A stretch of 32,000 bases of DNA. Origin: Kineococcus radiotolerans SRS30216 = ATCC BAA-149 (GTDB taxonomy: Bacteria > Actinomycetota > Actinomycetes > Actinomycetales > Kineococcaceae). This document shows, piece by piece, positions 20,372 to 28,536 of this stretch (position 1 is its first letter; each line of letters begins with the position of its first letter). The stretch lies in assembly GCF_000017305.1 (NCBI RefSeq), contig NC_009664.2, forward strand, positions 3,960,001-3,992,000. The letters run 5' to 3'. Under the pieces are notes generated by a model. It saw only the letters and a program-made list of their open reading frames with translations. It did not search any database and was not told where the DNA came from. The position numbers and the translations under genes are program-made.

Positions 20372-21637
20372 ATGCACGCTGAAGAGGACCTCGAGGCCGG
20401 ATTCTCCCTCTTGGAGACCGTCATCGCGATGGTCATCGCGGGCATCCTCGCTCTCGCGGTCGCCGGCGTCCTGGTGAACGCCATGCGGCTCAGCACGGCC
20501 AACGCGGACCGAACGGTAGCGGCCAACATCGCGGCCGGTGAGATCGAAGCGCTTCGTGCACAACGGGCGATCGACCTGACAGACGGTCGGAGCACCAAGA
20601 ACGCCACCGGCGCGGACGGAACCGTCTACTCGGTGACGACCGAGACGGCACTCCTGCAGAGCAGCAGCGACGACTCGGTGTGCAGCGCTTCGGGCAACGG
20701 CCGCATCGCTTTCAAGCGGTTGCGCGTCATCGTCGACTGGGCTAATCGCGGAACGACGCAGCCGGTCCAGATCGACACCACCAAGGCCCTGGGGGTCGGT
20801 GCCGGCGGCTTGGACGCCCGGAGAGGGGTCATCGCCATCGCGGTCAAGGGCGGCAGCAACCAGGCAGTGGCCGGGATCCCCGTGAACCTCAACCCTTCGG
20901 GCTTGACGGTGACCACGGGGGCCGACGGGTGCGCGGTGTTCCCGAACCTGGTGACCACGTCCAGCTACACGGCGTCGATGTCCGTGCCCGGCTACGTCGG
21001 TACCGCAGCCACCCAGACCGTGACGACCAACCCCATCGGCGTCTTCGCCAACCAGGTCACCCGGCTCACCGTCCGGTACGACCGGGGCGGTTCGATCCGG
21101 CTCGCAGCAGATGCACCTGCCGGTTCAGCCGTGCCGAATAACCTCACCGCCACCGTGAAGTACAACAGCTGGCCCACCAAGCAGTTGTCCGCCTGCACCG
21201 GGAGCAACACGCCGTGCTTGGCCGGAGGGGTGGTCAGCGGACTCTTCCCGGATTCGGCGAGCACGTACTCGATGTGGGCCGGCACCTGTGATCTGGCCGC
21301 TCCGGTCTCCCCGGCCACAGCTGACGCGGACTTCGTCGATGTCGACGCGGTGAAGGACCTCGACGTTCCGCTCGGTGCAGCGGTCGTCAAGGTGAAGAAC
21401 GGTGCTGACGTCGTCCAGCCCGGCGCCACGCTGTACGTGAGACCGGCACCGGCCAACAACGGCGGATGCCTGGGGGCGGAGTCTCAGTACACGTTCGTGA
21501 CGGCGGCCACGGGCGTCGCGGTCGTGGCCCTCCCTCCCGGACCGTGGCAGCTCTCCACCAGACCGGACTTCAGTTCGCCGTCCGCGGTGACGATCACTGC
21601 ACGACAGACGACGGCGGAGACGGTGGTGCGGAGATGA
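20372..21637 (+). CDS. Large (421 aa) PilV-like minor pilin carrying two beta-sandwich (carboxypeptidase-regulatory/Cna-B-like) modules
   Basis: ATG at 20372 after AGGAGA. The leader is MHAEEDLEAG, then FSLLETVIAMVIAGILALAV (Glu+5 present). The segment GIPVNLNPSGLTVTTGADGCAVFPNLVTTSSYTASMSVPGYV fits the G-x-PV...T-D-x-DG-x-F-x-L...Y...GY pattern of CarboxypepD_reg-like domains. A second similar module lies near the C-terminus (TGVAVVALPPGPWQLS). Confidence 0.78.
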   Translation: MHAEEDLEAGFSLLETVIAMVIAGILALAVAGVLVNAMRLSTANADRTVAANIAAGEIEALRAQRAIDLTDGRSTKNATGADGTVYSVTTETALLQSSSDDSVCSASGNGRIAFKRLRVIVDWANRGTTQPVQIDTTKALGVGAGGLDARRGVIAIAVKGGSNQAVAGIPVNLNPSGLTVTTGADGCAVFPNLVTTSSYTASMSVPGYVGTAATQTVTTNPIGVFANQVTRLTVRYDRGGSIRLAADAPAGSAVPNNLTATVKYNSWPTKQLSACTGSNTPCLAGGVVSGLFPDSASTYSMWAGTCDLAAPVSPATADADFVDVDAVKDLDVPLGAAVVKVKNGADVVQPGATLYVRPAPANNGGCLGAESQYTFVTAATGVAVVALPPGPWQLSTRPDFSSPSAVTITARQTTAETVVRR

Positions 21638-22395
21638 TGCGTGTGTGGCAGCGACGTGATGCCGGGATCACCTTGGTGGAGCTCCTGGTGGGGATGTCCA
21701 TCACCGGTCTGGTGCTGGCGATGCTGGCTGCTGTGACGATCGGTTCGATGAGATCCACCTCCAAGGTGAGCAGCAAGAACGACGTCAACAACGACGCGCG
21801 AACCGCAGTCTCGACCATGACCCAGGCTCTGCGGGTCGCACAGCCGATCCTCCTGGTGGATGGCGGTGGTAATCCGGTCAAGATCAACGGGAGATCCGTG
21901 AACCAGGCGTTGGAGGTGGCCACCTCCGCGTCTCTGACCTTCTACGCCAGCATGGCTGCCAGCGTGCCGAGTCCCGCCATCGCCGCCGACCCCCCGCCGA
22001 CACGTGTGACCTACGCGTACAACACCAGCCGCAGGTGCCTCGCGGAGACGACCGTTCCGGGTACCCCGGCGATGAACGCCGCCAACCAGCGCTACTACCG
22101 GTTCACCGCCGCACCCACCACCAGATGTCTCGCGTTCGGCACGGTCAACGTGGACGGTAGTGCCTTGTTCAGCTACTCGACTCTGCCCGAAGCGACGGCG
22201 AGCATGACGGCTCAGTACGCGTCGCCGACGGCCGTGTCCGCCGCGGGCGCTGGAATCGCCGCCGCACAACTGGCATCGGTTCGCCAGGTCAACATCCACC
22301 TGGTCCTCAGTGCTGTCAGCGGGGCAGCCAGCTCCACCACGGGTGTGAACTCGTCCGTCACCCTCGTCAACACCCTCGCCAAAGGAAGCCGCTGA
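21634..22395 (+). CDS. PilW-like minor pilin (prepilin-type N-terminal cleavage/methylation domain)
   Basis: ATG at 21634 overlaps the upstream stop (ATGA). The leader is MMRVWQRRDAG, then ITLVELLVGMSITGLVLAMLAAV (Glu+5 present). 253 aa. Confidence 0.75.
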   Translation: MMRVWQRRDAGITLVELLVGMSITGLVLAMLAAVTIGSMRSTSKVSSKNDVNNDARTAVSTMTQALRVAQPILLVDGGGNPVKINGRSVNQALEVATSASLTFYASMAASVPSPAIAADPPPTRVTYAYNTSRRCLAETTVPGTPAMNAANQRYYRFTAAPTTRCLAFGTVNVDGSALFSYSTLPEATASMTAQYASPTAVSAAGAGIAAAQLASVRQVNIHLVLSAVSGAASSTTGVNSSVTLVNTLAKGSR

Positions 22396-24188
22396 TGTCC
22401 GCTCGCCTGCGCCGCCGTGTCGATGGCGACGAGGGGGCTGCGCTCGTCCTCGTGCTGGGGACGATGGTCATCCTCACGATGTTCGCGCTGACCTCCCTGG
22501 GTCTCGTGATGGGGGCCATGAAGCCCACGCGCGTCGACCAGGACTCCAAGCGGGCGTTCGCCGCAGCCCAGGCCGGTGTGGACGACTTCATCGCCCGTTC
22601 CAACAGCAACGACACCTACTACAAGAACGTGGCCACGGACACGAGCAACCTGGCGATCGCCCCCACTCCGGCAGCACCGCGGGGTGCGACGGTGCCCGGT
22701 TCGAGGGTCAACGACCAGACCTTCCGTTACCGGATGCTCAGCTCCGTGACCGAAGTCGCGCAGACGGGAACGATCCGTCTAGAGGTGACTGGGTACGCCA
22801 CCAACAAGTCCGACGTAGTCAGTCGCAAGGTCATCGCCAACCTCAGGCCCGACAGCTTCCTCAACTATATCTACGTCACGAACTACGAAGTGCAGGACCC
22901 GGAGTTGTACGCCAATCGACTGGGTCTCTTCTACGCTACGCTGAACAATCAGCTCTACCTCTTCTACGCGAACCCCTACCAGGTCAAGACGCAGTGCCAG
23001 GACTACTACTACGGTAATCGGAAGAATGCGCGCTGGCGGGTCAACCCGACCAACCCAAACACGAGTCTGTGGCGGGTGCCGGCGAACAGCAATGGTACTC
23101 CGATCGCCGGCGTCAACCCCTCGGAGTACACGGGTGGATCGTTCTCGGGGAACGTCTACGATTTCAACTGCCAAGAGATCCAGTGGACCGGTGGTGACAT
23201 CGTGCAAGGTCCGCTCCACTCCAACGACGCCCTGCAGATCAACGGGGCGGTGCGCTTCCAGGACATCAAGACGGAGACGTCGTGGAACACGAACCCGGCC
23301 AATGGTCACCTGTGGTGGGGTGGGTACACGAACGATCTCCCCGACAACCAGCCCGTCTACGAGGCGCCCCTGGTCATGCCGAGCGACAACAGCGAGCTCC
23401 AAACGGTGGCGACCACCAGCGACGGCTGCACCTACAGCGGGGCCACCCGGATCACGCTCGTGGGCAACAAAATGCAGGTGTGGAGCCCCGGGACGACGGT
23501 CGCCGCGGCCAATGCCAACGGAGCGACCTGCCTCTCCTCCAACCGGACCGACCTCCTCAACGTCCCCAAGGTGATCTTCGTCAAGGATCGAGCCACCTCT
23601 TGCTCCCCCGGAGTCGTCAACGGGACGACCGGGGTGGGGTTCCCCCTCACAGCTCTGGGTGAGAACCCCACTTACGGCAGGTACAACCCCGACTTCAGTT
23701 GCGACAAGGGTGACGTGTATGTCCAGGGCACGTTCTCGGGGGCCACGACCATCGCCGCCTCCCACGACGTGGTCATCACCGGTGACATCCGCTACGCGTC
23801 GGGCGTGACCGGCACCGACGTTCTGGGGCTCATCGCCAACCGCAACGCCTGGGTCTACCACCCGGTGGACGGGTCCGGTGAGAACTTGAGCGGCTTCACG
23901 CCGGTGTACAACATCAACGCGGCCATCCTGACGTTGCAGAACAGCTTCCTGGTCCAGAACTACGATCTGGGCGACAACCTGTCACCGACGAACGCCGTGG
24001 CCACGAAGCTCAACGTCGTCGGATCCATCGCCCAGCAGTTTCGTGGGCCAGTCGGCACGGGCGGCAGTCCGGGAACCGGGTACCTGAAGAACTACGTCTG
24101 GGACTCCCGTCTACCGGCCAACCCCCCTCCGTTCTTCATCAAGCCGGTGTCCTCGCCCTGGTACCTCGAGAAATTGACCGACTCGTGA
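22395..24188 (+). CDS. PilX-N-domain-like large pilus-associated protein (597 aa), candidate tip or cap component
   Basis: ATG at 22395 overlaps the upstream stop (TGATG). The N-terminus MSARLRRRVDGDEGAALVLVLGTMVILTMFALTSLGLVMGAM resembles the PilX N-terminal hydrophobic segment but has no Glu at +5. The rest is rich in Asn, Tyr, Thr and Gly, contains 6 Cys, and has repetitive beta-strand-like stretches (GDVYVQGTFSGATTIAASHDVVITGDIRY). It has the lowest GC in the window. Confidence 0.7.
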   Translation: MSARLRRRVDGDEGAALVLVLGTMVILTMFALTSLGLVMGAMKPTRVDQDSKRAFAAAQAGVDDFIARSNSNDTYYKNVATDTSNLAIAPTPAAPRGATVPGSRVNDQTFRYRMLSSVTEVAQTGTIRLEVTGYATNKSDVVSRKVIANLRPDSFLNYIYVTNYEVQDPELYANRLGLFYATLNNQLYLFYANPYQVKTQCQDYYYGNRKNARWRVNPTNPNTSLWRVPANSNGTPIAGVNPSEYTGGSFSGNVYDFNCQEIQWTGGDIVQGPLHSNDALQINGAVRFQDIKTETSWNTNPANGHLWWGGYTNDLPDNQPVYEAPLVMPSDNSELQTVATTSDGCTYSGATRITLVGNKMQVWSPGTTVAAANANGATCLSSNRTDLLNVPKVIFVKDRATSCSPGVVNGTTGVGFPLTALGENPTYGRYNPDFSCDKGDVYVQGTFSGATTIAASHDVVITGDIRYASGVTGTDVLGLIANRNAWVYHPVDGSGENLSGFTPVYNINAAILTLQNSFLVQNYDLGDNLSPTNAVATKLNVVGSIAQQFRGPVGTGGSPGTGYLKNYVWDSRLPANPPPFFIKPVSSPWYLEKLTDS

Positions 24189-24976
24189 CCGGTTTGGCCG
24201 TTGCGTGCGGAGTGGTCGGTGTCCTGGTCGGATCCTTCCTCAACGTCGTGGTGCACCGAGTGCCGTCGGGTGAGTCGGTGGTGGCTCCTGCCAGCCGCTG
24301 TCCTGTGTGCGGACACGCGATCCGGCGTCGTGACAACGTGCCGATCCTGTCCTGGTTGTTCTTGCGGGGACGGTGCCGGGACTGCGGCGCACCCGTCAGC
24401 GTCCGCTACCCCCTCGTCGAGGGGGGGACGGGACTGGTGTTCGCCGTGGTCGCCCTGCGCGTTGGACCCGTTGAAGCCCTGCCGGCTTACCTGTACCTGG
24501 CGGCTTTGGCCGTCGCCCTGGCGTTGATCGACGTGGACGTCCACCGACTGCCCGACGCGATCGTCAAGCCGGCCTACCCCGTCTCGCTGCTGCTCCTGGT
24601 CACCGCAACCGCCTTGACCGGGGAGTGGAGTCGATACGTTCACGGCCTGATCGGCGGTGCCGGGCTCCTGCTGCTGTACTTCCTGCTTTACCAGCTGTGG
24701 CCGGGTGGCATGGGGTTCGGCGACGTCAAGCTCGCCGGTGTTCTCGGCCTGTACCTTGGGTGGTGGGGGTGGGAAGCGCTCGTCGTGGGCGCCTTCGCGG
24801 CCTTCCTCCTCGGCGGCATCGTCGGCGTGGGTGTGCTGCTCACGCGTCGGGGCGGCCGCAAGAGCCGCATACCCTTCGGGCCCTTCATGCTCGCCGGCGC
24901 CTGGCTGGCGCTCCTCTTCGCGCAGCCCGTCGTCGACTGGTACCTCTCGCTCTTCGGCATCACGCCATCCGCGTGA
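24185..24976 (+). CDS. pilD: Prepilin peptidase / N-methyltransferase (peptidase A24)
   Basis: GTG at 24185 overlaps the upstream stop (GTGA). Motifs: N-terminal four-Cys motif CPVCGHAI...CRDCGAPV, catalytic Asp regions ALIDVDVHRLPD and GMGFGDVKLAGVLG, and multiple TM segments. Confidence 0.92.
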   Translation: MTGLAVACGVVGVLVGSFLNVVVHRVPSGESVVAPASRCPVCGHAIRRRDNVPILSWLFLRGRCRDCGAPVSVRYPLVEGGTGLVFAVVALRVGPVEALPAYLYLAALAVALALIDVDVHRLPDAIVKPAYPVSLLLLVTATALTGEWSRYVHGLIGGAGLLLLYFLLYQLWPGGMGFGDVKLAGVLGLYLGWWGWEALVVGAFAAFLLGGIVGVGVLLTRRGGRKSRIPFGPFMLAGAWLALLFAQPVVDWYLSLFGITPSA

Positions 24977-25090
24977 CCCCGGCGGAATCGACGACTCGAC
25001 GCTCAAGGCGGTCTCGATCGGCTCCGATGATCTCAGTGAACATCTCGAAGGATCCAGCCTGGAACAGGCTCACAACCACAAGGAGGCGAC

Positions 25091-26137
25091 GTGCCCGGAC
25101 GAACCGCTATCGGGCTCGACATCGGTACGTCGGGTGTGCGCGCCGCAGAACTGTCGTACGGGCGCGACGGCATCACGCTTGAGAAGTTCGGGCAGGTGGC
25201 CCTGCCCGAGGGCGCCGTCCGAGACGGTGAGGTCGTCGAGCGCGCCGTGGTGGCCGACGCCATCCGGGCACTGTGGAAGGGGAGCGGGTTCTCCGGCCGG
25301 AAGGTCTCCCTGGGGGTCGCCAACCAGCGCGTCGTCGTCCGGCAGGTCGACCTCCCGTGGATGTCGACCGCAGAGTTGAAGGCTTCCCTGCCCCTGCACG
25401 TGCAGGACTACCTGCCGATGCCGGTCGCTGACGCCATCCTCGACTTCCACGTCACAGAAGAGCTGCAGGACGGCGAAGCCCGCGGGCTGCGCGGGCTGCT
25501 GGTCGCCGCTGCTCGTGACATGGTGATGTCGAACGTCGGTGCGGTCCAGGCTGCCGGGCTGCGCTCGGTCTCGGTCGACCTCACGTCCTTCGCCGTCCTG
25601 CGCAGCGTCGGCAGGCCGCAGTCCGAAGTGGCGACCGAAGCCTTGCTCGACATCGGGGCGCGCGTGTCCAACCTGGTGATCCACTCTGCGGGTCAACCAC
25701 GCTTCGTCCGTGTCCTCCTCTCTGGGGGGCAGGACGTCACGGATGCGATCGCGGAACGGATCGGAGTGCCCTCAGCATTCGCCGAGGCGGTGAAGCGGGG
25801 TTCCGCGGCCGACTTGAACGACACGGACGGTCACCTGGCTCAGAGCGCCATCGACCTCATGCTGGAGGTCTTCGTCGATGAGATCCGCAGCTCGCTCGAC
25901 TACTACGGTGCATCCACCCCCCAGTTCCCCGTTGAGCGCATCGTCGTATCCGGCGGGGGTTCGATGCTCACCGGCATCGTCGCCAAGCTCGAGGCGATCA
26001 CCCGCCGCCCCGTGGTTCTGGGGAACCCCATCTCGGCCCTCCACATCGGTCGGACCGGCCTCGACCCCGATCAGCTGCTGACGGTTCAGCCGCTCGCCGC
26101 CGTGCCGGTCGGTCTCGCCCTCGGAGGGATCTCATGA
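25091..26137 (+). CDS. pilM: Type IV pilus assembly protein PilM (actin-like ATPase fold)
   Basis: GTG at 25091 after AAGGAGG. Motifs: IGLDIGTSGVRAAEL (phosphate-1), LLDIGARVSNLVI, and RIVVSGGGSML near the C-terminus. Confidence 0.9.
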   Translation: MPGRTAIGLDIGTSGVRAAELSYGRDGITLEKFGQVALPEGAVRDGEVVERAVVADAIRALWKGSGFSGRKVSLGVANQRVVVRQVDLPWMSTAELKASLPLHVQDYLPMPVADAILDFHVTEELQDGEARGLRGLLVAAARDMVMSNVGAVQAAGLRSVSVDLTSFAVLRSVGRPQSEVATEALLDIGARVSNLVIHSAGQPRFVRVLLSGGQDVTDAIAERIGVPSAFAEAVKRGSAADLNDTDGHLAQSAIDLMLEVFVDEIRSSLDYYGASTPQFPVERIVVSGGGSMLTGIVAKLEAITRRPVVLGNPISALHIGRTGLDPDQLLTVQPLAAVPVGLALGGIS

Positions 26138-26787
26138 GCTTCCAGACCTTGGAGGCGGTCGCGACACGTACCGCCGTCGTGCGGGTGAACCTCCTCCCCC
26201 CCGAGTTCGAGGAGGCGCGAAGAGCTCGTCGACTGCAGATCGGCCTCGGGGCCTGTCTGATCACCGTCGTGGCGGCGGCCGCGGGGGCCTACGGCGTCAC
26301 CGCGGGGCACGTCGCTGATGCGCAGTCCGCCCTCGAAGCCGAGCAGTCACGAACCGCCGGCCTCCAGGCGGCTCAAGCTCCCTACGCCGAGGTGCCCAAG
26401 GTCGAAGCGCAGCTGCGGGACGCTCAGGCCGTCGCCGAGTCGGTGGCTGCTCACGACATTCCGTGGTACAGCTACGTCGATCAGCTGGCCACCAACGCCC
26501 CTGCCGAGCTGTCCCTGACCTCGTTGACCTTCGCCGTCAACGACACCAGTGCGGGCACGAGCGCCACCGGCACCGACCCCCTGGCTGTGACCGGTGTGGG
26601 AACACTGTCGGTGACGGGGCAGACGAAGTCCCAGGACAAGGTGGCGGGGTGGCTGGAGTCAATCGGGACCATCGGGGGACTCGCCAACCCCACGCTCACC
26701 AACAGCGCGTACGACGCGAGCTCGGGCGTCGTCACCTTCACGTCGGGGGCGACGGTCACCGAGGCCGCCCTGTTGACCGAGCAGTGA
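26134..26787 (+). CDS. pilN: Type IV pilus assembly protein PilN
   Basis: ATG at 26134 overlaps the pilM stop (ATGA). It has the conserved N-terminal VNLLPPE motif (the PilM-binding INLLP type), followed by the TM segment IGLGACLITVVAAAAGAYGV and a coiled-coil region. Confidence 0.82.
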   Translation: MSFQTLEAVATRTAVVRVNLLPPEFEEARRARRLQIGLGACLITVVAAAAGAYGVTAGHVADAQSALEAEQSRTAGLQAAQAPYAEVPKVEAQLRDAQAVAESVAAHDIPWYSYVDQLATNAPAELSLTSLTFAVNDTSAGTSATGTDPLAVTGVGTLSVTGQTKSQDKVAGWLESIGTIGGLANPTLTNSAYDASSGVVTFTSGATVTEAALLTEQ

Positions 26788-26815
26788 GCCGAGACAGGAC
26801 AGGAGGTCCGACGAC

Positions 26816-27475
26816 ATGAGCACATCCAGGAACACCGTCTTGATCGCCGGCACCGGCGCTCTCGCGCTGCTCGTGCTGGTAGCCAGCTACTTCCTCCTCG
26901 TGGCGCCCAAGCGCGCCGAGGCCGCTGACCTGGCCACCCAGAGGGTCTACGCGAAGGAGAAGAACGCCGGGATCGAGCAGCAGACCCGGCAGTTGCAGTC
27001 CCAGTTCGAGAGCATCGGCGACAAGCGGGCTCAGCTCGCGGCCATCCGCTCGACCCTTCCAGCCGCGGCGGACGTCCCGGCGCTCCTGCGCCAGCTCGAA
27101 GGGTACGCGAACACCGCGGGTGTGGTGTTGACCGGCGTCACGCCCGGCACCCCTGAAGTCTTCGGGTCCGCCACGGACGCTGCGACGGCACAGGCTTCCG
27201 GGCCCCAGGTCGTGGACATCCCCCTGACGATCACCACCTCCGGCTCGTTCTCCCAGACCGAGCTGTTCATCAAGTCCACGCAGGCGGACATGCAGCGGTT
27301 CTTCCTCGTCGAGAACCTGGCCCTGAACGCCGGTGACGCTTCGACGAGCGGGGTGGTGTCCACGACCCTGACCGGCAAGATCTTCGTCCTGCAAGCCGAT
27401 GCGGTGACGCCGAGCGAGTCCACCACCCAGTCCGCGGGGACCACCGCGGTGCCCACGGGAGCGAGTGCCCAATGA
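26816..27475 (+). CDS. pilO: Type IV pilus assembly protein PilO-like
   Basis: ATG at 26816 after AGGAGG at 26801-26806. It has an N-terminal TM (VLIAGTGALALLVLVASYFLLV), a coiled-coil region, and then LPAAADVPALLRQLEGYANTAGVVLTGVTPG, typical of PilO cores. It sits directly after pilN. Confidence 0.75.
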   Translation: MSTSRNTVLIAGTGALALLVLVASYFLLVAPKRAEAADLATQRVYAKEKNAGIEQQTRQLQSQFESIGDKRAQLAAIRSTLPAAADVPALLRQLEGYANTAGVVLTGVTPGTPEVFGSATDAATAQASGPQVVDIPLTITTSGSFSQTELFIKSTQADMQRFFLVENLALNAGDASTSGVVSTTLTGKIFVLQADAVTPSESTTQSAGTTAVPTGASAQ

Positions 27476-28536
27476 GCGAGCAGTTGTCCGACGTGGATGC
27501 CGAGGCGAGAACTCGCGTCATCGACGGCGCGGTGCTCCGCAAATTGCTCGTCGGTGTCGCCGGCGCTGCGGTGATCGGCGGAGGTGCTCTCGGTTTCCTG
27601 TGGCTGAGCAGCGTGCCGGGCGCCGATGCGGAAGCGAGCGCGCTCACGGGTGTCCCCAGCGTTCCGAGCGCCGACGCGACCCCGCCACGCCCGGCCGGTC
27701 CGATCGGTTTCAGCGTGGGCGGGAGGGACATCTTCGCCGCCACCGTCGCGCCGTCCGTGAACTCCGACCTGCCGGTCGAGGGGGTTTCCGGGTCGTCCGC
27801 GGTCATCCCCACGTCCTCCACCCCCAGCGTCGTCGTGACGGCCGTGCCCACCGCGGTGATCCCTCGCGCAGCGTCCTCCGCGGGGAACGTCGCTGGTGGT
27901 GGGACGATCAGCACGAGTGCTCCCAGTGCTCCCAGCGTTTCAGCGGTGACGAGTCCAGTCGCCGCCGTCCCGGTTCCCGGCCCGTCCCGTTCCACGGCAC
28001 CCGCCTGGGAAGCGCCCGCGGTGGGGTTCGTCACCGGGAACGCCGATTACGGCGTCTTCGATCTCGACGGGAAGCGGGTGACGGTCCTGACGGGTCAGCT
28101 CATCTACCCGTTGTCCGTCCGCTACCAAGGGGTCGTCGTGGTCGAGACCCCAACCCCCACCCCCACCCCCACGCCCACGTCGACCGCGAAAGACTCCTCG
28201 GTGCTCGGCAAGTTCACCTCGGAGAACAATCCGGCGACGGGTTGGCTCGTCCCGTCGAACCTCGAAAAGCCGACGCAGTTGCCCGCGGCCGCACTCGGCA
28301 AGGTCTCCGGTCAAGTGCGCCTCAACGGCGTCCTGCGTGACCAGTACTGGGTTCGCGTCGACCGGCAGGACGACGTCCTGATGACGGCGGGAACGGCTGT
28401 GGGGACGACCGGACTCACGCTCACGGGTGCCAGCGACAAGCGGGTTCCGTACGCCGGCGCCATCTTCACGGACGGCGTGGGCAACGTCTACTTCGGCTCG
28501 ATGGGTGAAAGGGAGTCCGACGGTGTTCTCTACTGA
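27472..28536 (+). CDS. Single-pass membrane protein of unknown function in the PilP position (Ser/Pro/Thr/Val-rich linker, TP repeat, beta-rich C-terminus)
   Basis: ATG at 27472 overlaps the pilO stop (ATGA). It has one TM (LLVGVAGAAVIGGGALGFLWL), a GGRDIFA motif reminiscent of the RDPF motif of PilP proteins, a long low-complexity region, and ETPTPTPTPTPTST. I do not recognise a family for it. Confidence 0.6.
   Translation: MSEQLSDVDAEARTRVIDGAVLRKLLVGVAGAAVIGGGALGFLWLSSVPGADAEASALTGVPSVPSADATPPRPAGPIGFSVGGRDIFAATVAPSVNSDLPVEGVSGSSAVIPTSSTPSVVVTAVPTAVIPRAASSAGNVAGGGTISTSAPSAPSVSAVTSPVAAVPVPGPSRSTAPAWEAPAVGFVTGNADYGVFDLDGKRVTVLTGQLIYPLSVRYQGVVVVETPTPTPTPTPTSTAKDSSVLGKFTSENNPATGWLVPSNLEKPTQLPAAALGKVSGQVRLNGVLRDQYWVRVDRQDDVLMTAGTAVGTTGLTLTGASDKRVPYAGAIFTDGVGNVYFGSMGERESDGVLY
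28147..28179 (+). repeat. In-frame ACC-CCN hexanucleotide (Thr-Pro) tandem repeat
   Basis: acc cca acc ccc acc ccc acc ccc acg ccc acg, read directly from the sequence. It encodes the (TP)n linker inside the 27472-28536 gene. Confidence 0.8.

Noticed and set aside
16473-24976. Interpreting the ATPase-PilC-pilin-minor pilin-peptidase order as a comG/comC-type competence pseudopilus operon.
   Set aside because: The ATPase has PilT-specific motifs rather than ComGA or PilB features. A PilMNO module is present. No comEA or comEC-like genes are in the window. DNA uptake remains possible but is not supported here.
28147-28179. The Thr-Pro hexanucleotide repeat as a phase-variation (on/off) switch.
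   Set aside because: The repeat unit is 6 nt, so slippage would change linker length without shifting the frame. It is listed only as a repeat.
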